DNA from: an uncultured delta proteobacterium
Lineage (GTDB): Bacteria; Desulfobacterota; Binatia; Binatales; Binataceae
Assembly (NCBI GenBank): GCA_963711565.1
Contig: CAVQEQ010000003.1
Span: forward strand, 928,001-992,000
Direction of reading: 5' to 3'
Length of the DNA stretch: 64,000 nt
A model generated the notes under the pieces. That model searched no databases. It worked only from the letters and a program-made list of their open reading frames with translations, and was not told the origin of the DNA. The translations under genes and the position numbers were made by a program. Shown piece after piece: positions 31,838 to 42,400 of this stretch (position 1 is its first letter; the number at the start of each line of letters is the position of its first letter).

Positions 31838-32515
31838 GTGTTCTTCGCACCGTTCCTCGCCTTCTACGCGATAATCTTTTTCCTCGTCCTCGCGTTCTTT
31901 TTCATCCTGCTCGAAATTCACGTCATCAGTTACGCTTTCGTAACGCTCGGCCTGTCGCCCGAGATGGCCTTCACGGCTCTTCTCGTGAGTCTGGTCGGCA
32001 GCTACATCAACATCCCGATCACGCGGGTGGCCGGCGGCCAGCCGCATCCCGCCGAAGTGGTTCGCAGTTTCGGCATTCGCTACAGGGTGCCGACTCGCTA
32101 CGTCACCGACTCAACCATCGTCGCGGTGAACGTCGGTGGCGCGATCGTTCCCGTGTTGATCTCGGTCTATCTGCTGATGCAAATGCCGACGATAATCTTG
32201 CCGGCGTTGATCGGAGTCGCGATCGTCACCGCTATTGTCAATCGTTTCGCGATGCCGGTGCCGGGAATGGGAATCGCGACCCCGATGCTGATTCCGCCGA
32301 TCGTCGCCGCCCTATGCGGCTACTTCCTCGGCTCCTCGCAGCATCATCGCGACGCAGTCGCATTCATCAGCGGCGTGATCGGCACGCTCGTCGGCGCCGA
32401 CCTGCTCAACTTGCGCAACTTGCGCGATTTGGGGGCGCCAGTCGCCTCGATCGGCGGCGCCGGCACCTTCGACGGAATCTTCCTGACCGGAATCGTCGCC
32501 GTATTGCTGGCGTGA
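31838..32515 (+). CDS. DUF1614 membrane protein
   Basis: GSYINIP, AVNVGGAIVP, GTLVGADLLNL, SIGGAGTFDGIFLTGI. Confidence 0.88.
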   Translation: MFFAPFLAFYAIIFFLVLAFFFILLEIHVISYAFVTLGLSPEMAFTALLVSLVGSYINIPITRVAGGQPHPAEVVRSFGIRYRVPTRYVTDSTIVAVNVGGAIVPVLISVYLLMQMPTIILPALIGVAIVTAIVNRFAMPVPGMGIATPMLIPPIVAALCGYFLGSSQHHRDAVAFISGVIGTLVGADLLNLRNLRDLGAPVASIGGAGTFDGIFLTGIVAVLLA

Positions 32516-32548
32516 TCTCGAACGATGCATTTACTGCTAAGATCCAGC

Positions 32549-32571
32549 TACAATGGTTCCAAAATGGAACC
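32549..32571 (+). promoter_or_regulatory. -10-like box and palindromic operator of the second TA pair
   Basis: TACAAT (32549-32554) immediately followed by GGTTCCA-AAA-TGGAACC (32555-32571), upstream of the antitoxin. Confidence 0.55.
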
Positions 32572-32585
32572 GCTGGAGAGATATT

Positions 32586-32819
32586 ATGACTTTGACACTT
32601 TCGATTAAGAAGGTCCCTGAGAGAGTGGTCAAACGACTCAAGCGCAGGGCTGCCATCCACAAGCGATCGCTCCAGGGCGAGTTGATGGCTGTTCTGGAGG
32701 AGGCGACGTCGCCAGGCCGTCTGACCGTTGAAGAACTTTGGCAGGAAGCGCGGCGACTCGGGCCTCCGACCCCCGGGGACAGCGCGAAAATGATTCGCGA
32801 AGATCGCGATGCCCGATAA
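32586..32819 (+). CDS. FitA-like ribbon-helix-helix antitoxin
   Basis: TLSIKKVPE...LKRRAAIHKRSLQGEL; ends IREDRDAR; overlaps the PIN gene. Confidence 0.85.
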   Translation: MTLTLSIKKVPERVVKRLKRRAAIHKRSLQGELMAVLEEATSPGRLTVEELWQEARRLGPPTPGDSAKMIREDRDAR

Positions 32820-33192
32820 GGTAGTTGATGCCTCGGTGATCGCAGCGCTCGCTTTCCTGGAATCGCGAGCGGAAGAAGCCCATGATTTGCTTCGTGACGC
32901 GACTCTCTTCGCGCCGGAAATACTCCCATACGAATTGGCGAGCGTGGCTCTGAAGAAAACCAAAATAGAGCCATCACGGCATTTCGAATTCGCGATGCGC
33001 CTGCACGGAGCGCTTTCAACCCAAGTCAAACTGGTTCCTATGGCACCGCTTGAATTGCTCGAGTTAGCGCGCGAGACCAATCTCACAATTTATGATGCTG
33101 CCTACCTACAGGCCGCGCGTCGTCTTGGATACCCACTCGTTACATTCGACGCGAAACTCGCACGTCACGCTCGGCGCATCACGCAGGCTTGA
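32809..33192 (+). CDS. vapC: PIN-domain toxin
   Basis: VVDASV, YELAS, LTIYDAAYL, LVTFD. Confidence 0.9.
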   Translation: MPDKVVDASVIAALAFLESRAEEAHDLLRDATLFAPEILPYELASVALKKTKIEPSRHFEFAMRLHGALSTQVKLVPMAPLELLELARETNLTIYDAAYLQAARRLGYPLVTFDAKLARHARRITQA

Positions 33193-33580
33193 ACTTCACC
33201 AGCGTGCATTCCGGGGTCACGTCGTCGAAGAACACCTGCACCGGCATCTCGACCCGCACACTCTCCGGCGGCGCGACGATATCGCTCGTCATGCGCGGTC
33301 CCTCGACCAGCTCTATGATCGCCAGCACGTACGGCGCGTCGGCAAACGCGCGGCTCGACGCTCGCCGCACGATGGTATAGCTGTACACTTTGCCGCGCCC
33401 GCTCACGCGCTCCCACGCGAGCTTGTCGGAGAAACATTTCGGGCATCGAGGACGCGGATAGTAGATATACTCGCGGCACGCGCCGCATCGCTGGATTGTC
33501 AACTCGTGGCGCCGCGCGGCCTCCCAGAACGGACGGCTCGTTGTCGAAGGCTTCGGAAGCGGTTTGTAGTATTCGCTCAT
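33179..33580 (-). CDS. DUF35 Zn-ribbon/OB-fold protein
   Basis: PFWEA...IQRCGAC...PRPRCPKC...GRGKVYSYT...EGPRM; translationally coupled to the thiolase. Confidence 0.92.
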   Translation of the reverse strand: MSEYYKPLPKPSTTSRPFWEAARRHELTIQRCGACREYIYYPRPRCPKCFSDKLAWERVSGRGKVYSYTIVRRASSRAFADAPYVLAIIELVEGPRMTSDIVAPPESVRVEMPVQVFFDDVTPECTLVKFKPA

Positions 33581-34734
33581 GATCGTCGCTCCAGCACGAG
33601 ACTGACCTGCTCGCTCATAATTCCGCCATTGCCGTTGACGTAGCCAAGCGCCGCATTCTTGACCTGCCGCTCGCCGCCGCGACCCATCAACTGCCTTATC
33701 GCTTCCGTCACGTGACTCATGCCGCCCGCCAGCCCCGGCTGCCCGAACGACAATTGCCCGCCATGCGTGTTGCACGGAAAGTCGCCGGCGTACGTTAGGT
33801 CGTGCTCCGCGACGAACGGGCCGCCCTGCCCTTTCTTGCAGAAGCCCGCGTCCTCGAGCGTGACGATCACCGTAATCGTGTAGCAGTCGTACGGGCACAC
33901 AAGGTCCATGTCCTTCGGCTGCAGTCCCGCCATCTTGAACGCGTTCTCGGCCGCCGGCTTGATCGGCGATGTTGTGATCGACGGCGCATAAGTAATCGTC
34001 GAATGATTGGCCGCTTCGCCCGCGCCGAGCAGCCAGATCGGCGGATGCTTCGCGCGCTTCGCCACTTCGGGCGACGCAACAATTATCGCTGCGCCGCCGC
34101 TCACCGGGCTTACGATCTCGAATAGATGTAGCGGGTCCACGATCATCCGCGAGTTCAGCACGTCGTCAATCGTGAGCGCCTTGTCGTTGAAAGTCGCCAG
34201 CGGGTTCTTGAGCGCGTTGGTCCGCTGATCGACCGCGACCTTCGCCATCTGCCGCGCCGTCGTGCCGTACTCATGCATATGGCGATGCGCGATCATCGCG
34301 TAGCCGCAGTTCGCGCCGATATTTCCGTACGGCGCTTCGAACTCGCGTTGCACCGAAACGACCGGCGGACGCTGATCTCCCACCTTGTTCAAATCCGCGA
34401 CGAGGCACAGCACCGCGCTGCACATCCCTGCGTCGATCGCGGCCGCCGCGCGCCAGATCATCCCAGCTCCGCTCGCGCCGCCGATATCGACCTGGTTCAG
34501 CATCCGCAGATTCAGCCCCAGCACCTCGGCCGCGCTCGCCGGATAAATCATCCCCGGATCGGAAAACGGCACGCCGACCAGGAAGCCGTCGATATCTTTT
34601 TTCTCCAGCCCCGCGTCTGCAATCGCCTCGGCCGAGACCCGCGCCATCTGGCCGAGCGCCGTCAAGTCGCCGGGCTCCTTGAACGGTTTGAGTTCGCCAA
34701 TTCCAATCGCCGCGGCTTTTCCTTTCAGGCTCAT
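33577..34734 (-). CDS. SCP2/Ltp2-type thiolase-fold protein
   Basis: YDCYT, LEDAGFC, NTHGGQLS; paired with DUF35. Confidence 0.88.
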   Translation of the reverse strand: MSLKGKAAAIGIGELKPFKEPGDLTALGQMARVSAEAIADAGLEKKDIDGFLVGVPFSDPGMIYPASAAEVLGLNLRMLNQVDIGGASGAGMIWRAAAAIDAGMCSAVLCLVADLNKVGDQRPPVVSVQREFEAPYGNIGANCGYAMIAHRHMHEYGTTARQMAKVAVDQRTNALKNPLATFNDKALTIDDVLNSRMIVDPLHLFEIVSPVSGGAAIIVASPEVAKRAKHPPIWLLGAGEAANHSTITYAPSITTSPIKPAAENAFKMAGLQPKDMDLVCPYDCYTITVIVTLEDAGFCKKGQGGPFVAEHDLTYAGDFPCNTHGGQLSFGQPGLAGGMSHVTEAIRQLMGRGGERQVKNAALGYVNGNGGIMSEQVSLVLERRS

Positions 34735-34855
34735 CGCATCGACTCCCGCGTTTCGTGCATCTCGATCACGACTACCACAAATTGCGGCCTGCGAGCGCGG
34801 TTCAATTCACCGAAAAAATCTTATAGCTTGGTTCGTTCGAGGTGCTTTTAACGAA

Positions 34856-35035
34856 ATGGCATTTATCATCTGTGACGACCACAATCTTGACGTCGAAGCC
34901 GACGGAATCGACAACGCCGTCGCCAAGCAGTTGATGCTGACCGACGCAAAACCGGACGCGACCGCGGTCGAAAAAGAAATCATCGAGTTCGGAAAAACGC
35001 ATCGCCATTGCAACATCCGGATTCTCGCCGGCTGA
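34856..35035 (+). CDS. Small hypothetical protein (59 aa), CxxH...HxxC
   Basis: ATG at 34856 after GAGGTG; host-like codon usage. Confidence 0.6.
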   Translation: MAFIICDDHNLDVEADGIDNAVAKQLMLTDAKPDATAVEKEIIEFGKTHRHCNIRILAG

Positions 35036-35115
35036 TTTTCAGATTCGCGACACGATCTCGGATTCGCGAGAGATCGTCGCGCACACACGCCCGCGCGCAT
35101 TTTACGCCTTCGATG

Positions 35116-35145
35116 TTGACCGGCTGACCAACCGGCAGATACACT
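35116..35145 (+). promoter_or_regulatory. Sigma-70-like promoter for the tRNA
   Basis: TTGACC (35116-35121), 18-nt spacer, TACACT (35140-35145), just 5' of the tRNA. Confidence 0.55.
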
Positions 35146-35150
35146 GCCGA

Positions 35151-35227
35151 GGCGGGGTGGAGCAGTCTGGTAGCTCGCCGGGCTCATAACCCGGAGGTCG
35201 AAGGTTCAAATCCTTCCCCCGCAACCA
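35151..35227 (+). tRNA. tRNA-Met(CAT), initiator type (fMet)
   Basis: GGCGGGGTGGAGCAGTCTGGTAGCTCGCCGGGCTCATAACCCGGAGGTCGAAGGTTCAAATCCTTCCCCCGCAACCA: CAT anticodon, three G-C pairs in the anticodon stem, unpaired 1:72, encoded CCA. Confidence 0.97.
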
Positions 35228-36392
35228 CGAAATTCGCAATTCTAGCAGGCACTTTTGAGAAGCGCGTTAGCGCAGACCGTCGCTGCCGATACCGCCGGTG
35301 CCGTTTTTGGTGCCGGTTCCGAATCAGCGAATGTTACATCTGCGAAGTATATGGCCGGTAGCAGCCATCGCATAATTGAACCTTGATGACAGTCCAGAGC
35401 CCGACTGACCGCGTGATCGATCTTGCGAATGCTGCTCGGCTTGCCGTATCGGACGCGTTTATGCGGCGCTTTTCTCGTTGGCGGCGGCCTCAAGCGATTC
35501 CTCGACTGACCGTAGCCCCCGATTCGCCACGCCAGCGGCCATAGCGGCGCACAGGCGTTAGGGGCAGGGTTTCACCGGTATTACTCAGTATTACCAGATA
35601 CGCATGTAGTCATTGTGCGCCAAAGGTTTTCCCGTATTTTGAAAGAGGACGAATGTTGCCATCCATTGATATCAAATGTGACGAGGATCCCCACAAAATC
35701 CCCCACAGTCCGATTCCGTTTTCATATCCGACTAAATCCGTAGGAGAAGTGTATCGCGAAGACGCTCTTGAACACCAAGCCGCCGCCACAAACAGAGTTG
35801 TTCGGCCGCTTACCGAGATGACCCCGGCCGTCCTCAATGAGGGTTGAATGACGATGCGCGGACAGGAGTCCCGGAACTGCGAACTCGCGACGCGGCATAG
35901 GTTTCTCGTATCATGACGGTTTCTGGCCGCGCTCGCCGTCAACCTGATGGCAGTTTTGGTGGCAGTTGCAGTCAGACGAGCGTGGTGTGTACGCTGTACG
36001 AGCGGGCCGCAGCCTCTGGTGTCGAACAGAATGCCAGAAGGAATTCATCCTGAATGATCCTGAGCAATTGAAGGCGATCGCGTTTCCAATATTCGGAACG
36101 GGATCGATCCAACTTGTTCGCCGGGAATCTTGGGCCCGGATTTCGAGCGATTCTCCGAGATGTGCGAATACTCGCGACTGCTTGGCGGATGACGCAGTCT
36201 GATGCGAACTGCTCTCCGCGTCAACCTGTCAACGGGTTGACACTTGAGCGGCGGTTGACAAAGTGGGGTTGACGCATGGAGTTGAGAAGCCAGACAGAAT
36301 GAATAAAACGGTGTTATTTGTGCGCATGACGGTGATTGGCGATCTCTTGAATGCTTGCGAGCGCGATCTTGTGCGCGCACCTATGACCGAGT

Positions 36393-36485
36393 CTACTTGG
36401 CCCCTCTGAGCGCTTCCTTCGCTTCTTGCCTCTCTGCCTCGTGGCCTCCCATGTCCTCAAAGACACTCATGGCGTCTTCAATTAG
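36393..36485 (-). pseudogene. 3' remnant of an unknown gene cut by IS21 copy 1
   Basis: Minus-strand frame LIEDAMSVFEDMGGHEAERQEAKEALRGAK* begins at the IS end. Confidence 0.45.
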
Positions 36486-36638
36486 CTGTCAACGCCGGAG
36501 CAAAAGTACATCAACAGGCCGGAGTAAAAATGCATCACTCCTGGCCGGGTTAGTTTGAGCTCTGGGCAGGAGGAGCGCGAGGGGGATTTTCCCCCTCGCC
36601 CATCTGTGGAACTAAGGGCTGAGCGACCCGGTGGTGGG

Positions 36639-37418
36639 TCAGTCGGGTTCTTGCGGTGGTTGCTCTTCTACGATCTGACCTCTGCTGTGCTTAAGCCTGA
36701 AGCTATCGCCGTTCATCTCGAGGATGTGGACATGATGGGTGAGGCGATCGAGCAGCGCGCCGGTCAGTCGCTCGGAGCCGAACACGCCGGTCCACTCATC
36801 GAAGGGCAGATTGCTGGTCACGATGATCGAGCCGCGTTCGTAGCGCTGGCTGAAGACCTCGAACAGCAACTCGGCGCCGGTCTGTGACAGCGGAACGTAG
36901 CCGAGCTCGTCGACGATCAGCAGCTTTAAGCCGGCGAGTTGCCGTTGCAGTCGCTGCAGACGCTTTTCGTCGTGTGCTTCGTGCAGTTCGTTGACCAGGG
37001 CCGCAGCGGTAGTGAAGCCAACCGCGAGACCCTTCTGGCACGCTGCCAGTCCGAGCCCCAGCGCGATGTGAGTCTTGCCGGTGCCGCTGTTACCGAGCGC
37101 GATGACGTTCTCACGGCGGCCGACGTACTCCGAGCGGGCCAGTTCCAGCACCAAGGTCTTGTTGAGCGAGGGGATGGCGGTGAAGTCGAAGCTGTCGAGG
37201 CTCTTCACTGCGGGGAACCTGGCTTCCTTGATCCGGCGCTCGATGGTCCGCCGTTCCCGGTCGATCATCTCAAGCTCGGCCAGGCGCAGCAGGTAGCGCG
37301 AGTGATCGACACCTTCGGCGGCGCACTGGCGCGCCAGCTTGTCGTACTCACGCAGGAAGGTTGGGAGCCTCAGCGCCTTAAGGTGGTGAGCGAGCAGAAC
37401 CTGCGGTGTGTCGCTCAT
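36639..37418 (-). CDS. istB: IS21 helper ATPase IstB
   Basis: LKALRLP, GNSGTGKTH Walker A, LLIVDELGY, TSNLPF, LLDRLTHH. Confidence 0.96.
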   Translation of the reverse strand: MSDTPQVLLAHHLKALRLPTFLREYDKLARQCAAEGVDHSRYLLRLAELEMIDRERRTIERRIKEARFPAVKSLDSFDFTAIPSLNKTLVLELARSEYVGRRENVIALGNSGTGKTHIALGLGLAACQKGLAVGFTTAAALVNELHEAHDEKRLQRLQRQLAGLKLLIVDELGYVPLSQTGAELLFEVFSQRYERGSIIVTSNLPFDEWTGVFGSERLTGALLDRLTHHVHILEMNGDSFRLKHSRGQIVEEQPPQEPD

Positions 37419-38917
37419 GACGATGCCCCTCCCGCCAGCAGGCTCAAGTAGGCCCGGGCCGAGGTGGTCGCGACGGTGGCGCGCGGCAAGTAGGGATAGA
37501 TCTTTAGGTCCAGCCGTGGTGGTCGCCGTTCGATGCGGCACAACACCAGATGCTTGACTGCGTCGAAGCTGATCACTCCGCGCGCGATCGCTTCTCTCAC
37601 CGCCGCTGATACGTCATCGGTGCGGAACACCTCCAGCAGGCGCAGCACCTGCACGAACTCGCGTTTGCCCGGCTTGCTCAGGCGAGCCTCGAGCAGACGG
37701 CGCAGGGTCGCGAACTCTTCAGGCAGTTCCCAACCGACCAGTGGCGCGGCCTGGTCCAGCGCGCCGATCTTCCGTTCCAGCAGCGCCAGGTAGTGCAGCG
37801 GATCGAAGATGAAGTTTTCGCGCTCGTAGGAGCGCAGATGACGCGCGATCTCTTCCGCCGCGCAGGCGATCACCACTTCGTGGACGTAACCGCGAACCAG
37901 CACCTCGCGGTGGCCGTAAGCGGTGGGCACCGAATAGTCGTTGCCCCGATAGCGCACCAGCGAGAGCGAGCTGACTCGCGCTGCTCTCTTCTCGCAGGCT
38001 TCATAGGGAGTGGCCGGCAACGGCAGGAAGGCAGCGCGGTCTCGCACCAGTCGCTCGGCGATGGTCTGATCATGGCCACGCAGCCGATCGTTCAACCTAC
38101 GGCGGCAGTCCTCCAGCAAGCGCGCGTTGAGTTCGGCGAAGCTGGCCGCATGAGGGATCGGCACCATGAAGTTGCGCCGCGCGTAGCCGACCAACCCTTC
38201 GACCTTGCCCTTGTCATTGCCCTTACCGGGTCGTCCGAAGCGATCGGCGAACAGGTAGTGGGACTGCAGCTCGCTGAAGACCCGGGTCCTTAGCCGCCGG
38301 CCGTCTCCCAGGATGCGCGCCACCGCCAGCTTGAGGTTGTCGTACAGGATCGAGCGCGGCACCCCGCCGAAGAACTCGAAGCCGACGTTGTGTCCTTCAC
38401 AGAAGGCTTCGCTGCTCTCCGATGGATAGGCCTGTACCAGGCAGCTGTCGCTGTGCGGCAGATCCATCGCGAAGAAGTGGATCTTCCGCTCCTCTCCGCC
38501 GATCACTGCCAGCGCTTCGCCGAAGTCAACCTGTGCGTGTCCCGGTTCGTGGCGCAACGGCACGAACATCTCACGCGACCGCTGCCGCCGCTCGTGCACG
38601 TAGTCCTTTACAACGGTGATCCCGCCGGCGTAGCCGTGCTCGTCTCGCAGCCGCTCGAAAATCCGCTTCGAGGTGTGCTGCTGCTTGGCTGGCTGTCCCT
38701 TATCTTCCTCCAGGATCCGATCGATGATCCCAACGAACGGATCCAGCTTCGGCCGCGCCAGCGGCAGGCCCCGCCGATATCCCGGCGGCACCGAGAACGC
38801 CAGCATCTTCGCCACCGTCCGTGGGTCGATCCCGAATCGCCGCGCTGCCTCGCGCCGGCTCAGTCCTTCAACATAGACCGCTCGTCGCACCTGCCCATAC
38901 AGTTCCACGCCTTTCAT
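37415..38917 (-). CDS. istA: IS21 transposase IstA
   Basis: N-terminal HTH, AQVDFG, ILYDN, KGKVEG (DDE). Confidence 0.96.
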   Translation of the reverse strand: MKGVELYGQVRRAVYVEGLSRREAARRFGIDPRTVAKMLAFSVPPGYRRGLPLARPKLDPFVGIIDRILEEDKGQPAKQQHTSKRIFERLRDEHGYAGGITVVKDYVHERRQRSREMFVPLRHEPGHAQVDFGEALAVIGGEERKIHFFAMDLPHSDSCLVQAYPSESSEAFCEGHNVGFEFFGGVPRSILYDNLKLAVARILGDGRRLRTRVFSELQSHYLFADRFGRPGKGNDKGKVEGLVGYARRNFMVPIPHAASFAELNARLLEDCRRRLNDRLRGHDQTIAERLVRDRAAFLPLPATPYEACEKRAARVSSLSLVRYRGNDYSVPTAYGHREVLVRGYVHEVVIACAAEEIARHLRSYERENFIFDPLHYLALLERKIGALDQAAPLVGWELPEEFATLRRLLEARLSKPGKREFVQVLRLLEVFRTDDVSAAVREAIARGVISFDAVKHLVLCRIERRPPRLDLKIYPYLPRATVATTSARAYLSLLAGGASS

Positions 38918-39496
38918 CCCTCCGCCTTCAACCCTCCAGGCTGAAGGCTATCTCGTGCTGGAGTTTTACTCCGGCGCGACCGGTCTATCCGGCCGCTTCA
39001 CTGAGGGATTTTCTCTCCGGCGCTTACAGGACCTTAAGCCAGATCGAAATTAGGACACTACCCGGCAGGGGGACGCGTGCAGGCGAGCGGTCTCGGCTTC
39101 GAGCTCACGGTTGGTTGATGAACGTGTCAGCGATTCCGGTTCCTCGTATGTTTGCGGCGAATGGTCACCTGCCACAGAAGAATCGCGTCTGCGTCACACT
39201 TCTGGTTCAGCCGCGAGACGATTCCCTCGAGTTCCCGGCGCGCCATTTTGACGGCAACTTGTTGCCCGCTGGTTGTGATCATCGGGGCGCCAACCCGTAG
39301 CATCTCGCTGTTGTGTGCATCCAGACTCGCTGCTTTAGTGACAGAAGTTACTGAGAATGGATGGCTGTATCGGATCGCTTCATCCCGCTCCATAGATGGA
39401 GGTGCCATAGGAAGTCACCAGACTGGAAAAGAATCTTTATGTGGCGCGTCCGCGATGATCGTGCTAGAAAGCGGATTGTCAAGAGGAATTTGTCTC

Positions 39497-42400
39497 ATGC
39501 GGCTTTCATGGGGTTGGACTGGGGCATGCCAGCAAACAGTCGCACGGCTGGGTTCCATCACGTTCGTTTTGTTCCTAGGATTCGTTTCTGCCGTTTCGGC
39601 CAGCGACTCCTCCAGCCGTTCAACGATTCCCGAATGCGACGCGTTTGCCGCCGCTTCGCTGCAGTCGGACAGGCGCCTGCCGACGGAACCAAACGTCACC
39701 GCGACAACCTGCCCGAATGAGAGCGGCGACACGCTTGGACCCGGCAACGCCGGTTCCGACCTGATCGTGTCCGGCGGTACCTGCAACGTCACCGGCACTC
39801 CGGAAACGTACATGTACCGCAACATCAACATTATCAAAGGCGGAATTCTCAAGTTCGCCGATGCGCCCATCGACCTGTACGCCGCCAATATTATCATCGA
39901 AAACCAGGGGACGATGATCGCGGGCAGCGTCAATTCCAGCACCGGGATAATCACTCCGATCGCCGGACCACTCACGATTCATCTGTACGGCGCAAATCAG
40001 GGGCCCGGAGGCGCCGGAGCGAGTTGCCAAACCGACGCGATCTGCGGGGTTCCCGACGATATATGGAAAACCAACGACATGATGACGTCGTATCCGGACA
40101 CTTGTAAGGTCACCAAAAACCTTCCGGGTGGCGTCAACGATTGCTTTTACGCCTACGACTACATGCCGTTCGACTACGGCAAGGTTACCGGCGAGACCGG
40201 AAAGTGCTCGATGAAAGATCGAAGCTGCGGTTACTTCGGCTACAAGGTGTTGGGCGTCGGCTATGGTGCAACGCTTCAGCTGTACGGGAAAAAAGGCGCG
40301 ACCTACGAGACGAGCGTCGTGCCGAGCGACCCGAGCAACACCGGCACCAGCTGGGTGAGGCTGAACAACTGCAACCCGAACGTCAACGATCCGACCAAGC
40401 AGTGCAATATGGGCGTGCTGCAACCGGGGGCCAACACACTGGTACTGTCGAGCCTCGTCGATTGGCAGGTGAACGATAATATCGTCGTGAGCTCGACTGA
40501 CTATTTGCCGGGGCACGCCGAGCAACTGCAGATCACGAGTGTTGTCAACTCCGACACCGTTCCACCGTTCACCACACTGACGGTCAAAAAGATTCTACCC
40601 AACGGAACTACAACCAATCTCCAGTTCCCACACAATGCATCGGTTTACAGTCTGAGTAAGGTACCGAGTGGACAGGTGCCGACCGGCTGGACCTCGGTCG
40701 ACACTCGCGCGGCAGTCGCGCTGCTGACCCGCAGCATTCGCATCGTTTCGAATGGCGATACGGTAGCGGTTCCTTTTCCTGCTGCGCCGCTGCCGCCGAT
40801 AACCCCGGCCACCCAGGGCTACTGGTTCGGGGGCCACATGGTAATTCGCCAGGGATTCCAGAAGGTCCAGATCCAGGGAGTCGAATTCTACCAGATGGGG
40901 CAAGGTGGAAAGCTCGGTCACTATCCCGTTCATTTCCACATGGCGCGCAAGGTCCCCAATACCACTTTCGTCAAAGACAGCTCGGTGTGGGATTCGATGA
41001 CTCGATGGTACGTGTTGCACGCCACGCAGGGCGTGGTGCTGGCACGCAACGTCGGCTATGCGTCGATCGGTCATGGGTACTACCTGGAAGACGGCACTGA
41101 GACCGACAACAAGCTCTACGCCAACGTAGGAATTTTCGCGCGCGCCGCGGTCACCAACGCTCAGAATCCGCGTAATGTCCCGGGCATTCTCGCCGCGCCG
41201 GACTATCCCCTGATCCCGCAAGAGGACGGCAAGCCTCCCCTGCAAGCGGGGCCCTCGGACGATGTGGTTCCCTATCACTCGGACTGGGACCATCCGACCG
41301 TGTTCTGGATCATGAACGCGTGGAACGATTTCGAGTACAACATGGCGGCCGGCGCGGGCACCTGCGGGGTCTGCTACTGGCTGCTACCGGGTATCAACAG
41401 CGGCGGATCACGGAGCATGAACTGGACTTCGTATGCGTCCGAGCAGCAGTTGCCGGATTCAAAGACCAGCGGCGGGACTACGCCCCTGCAGATTTTCGAG
41501 GGCAACACCTGCGTTTCCGCGATGTCTTCATTTCTGACAGTCGGCAACACGACGGCCTGCAATGGAGTGCAAATCGGAATCAATCCGCCCTCGGGTCCCG
41601 ACGCTGGCATCTATCCGGTTCTCAACCAGTCGGCCGCGGTGTCTTCGTCGCCCGACTACAATCTGCCACCATCGTCGAAGAGCGGCACGAAGGTGGACGG
41701 AAATGGCTTCTCTGCCGACAACTACTATCCACATATCGGCGGTGGCGGGCGTTTCCCGACAAGATGTACCGGCACGGGAGATTGCAGCAAGCAGAAAGTG
41801 TGCAGCAGCGAGGATGAGTCGAATTGCGTCATCACCAACATCGACCACTTCGTTTCGTCCTTCACCTGGCAGGCGACGAATTTCGCCGCGATCTGGCTGC
41901 GTCCTTTGTGGTATTTGTTCATCAACAGTGCGGTTACGGATGCGCAGAACGGTGGAATCACCTTTGTGACCGGCGGCGGATATACTAAGTCTGACGCGAT
42001 CAATGGACATTGGGCGCTTGCTCGCAAAGACGTCTTTATCGGAAACACACAAAATTCCCGGGCCAACCCTTTCGCCTCGAACGTGGGACCGTTCAACCCG
42101 AGCACCATGCTGAAATGCGCGCAGAACCCGATGCCGAACCCCCCCGGCGGCTTCTACGCCGCGCCGGGTAACTACTGCCTTGACGCGTCCGACGGCATTT
42201 CTTTCGCGTTGGCTACGTTCGCCAATAACCAGCGCCTCTTCAGCATCTATGACGGGCCCGCTTACGAGGATTCCAATTCTTATCTGGATATTACGGCAAC
42301 GAAGCTGGATAACGACCCGATCACGGGATGCAACCCTCAACCTCCTCCGCCCAACATGGATCCTGACCACAACTGCGCGAATAGCCAGTACTCGCAGGCC

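Larger units (their letters stand above)
36487..39028 (-). mobile_element. IS21 family insertion sequence, copy 1
   Basis: Ends TGTCAACGCCGGAG.../...CTCCGGCGCTTACA with internal GCCGGAG(C/T)AAAA repeats; carries istA and istB. Confidence 0.95.

Noticed and set aside
35242-36380. Short ORFs downstream of the tRNA as real genes or an integrase
   Set aside because: No recognisable motifs, RBS or consistent codon bias
39049-39063. AATTAGGACACTACC as the terminus of another IS
   Set aside because: Reminiscent of an IS end, but no partner end or transposase was found in the window
39152-39496. N-terminal 115 aa of the 1592-aa ORF
   Set aside because: A better start with an RBS and signal-like sequence lies at 39497; the upstream part looks non-coding
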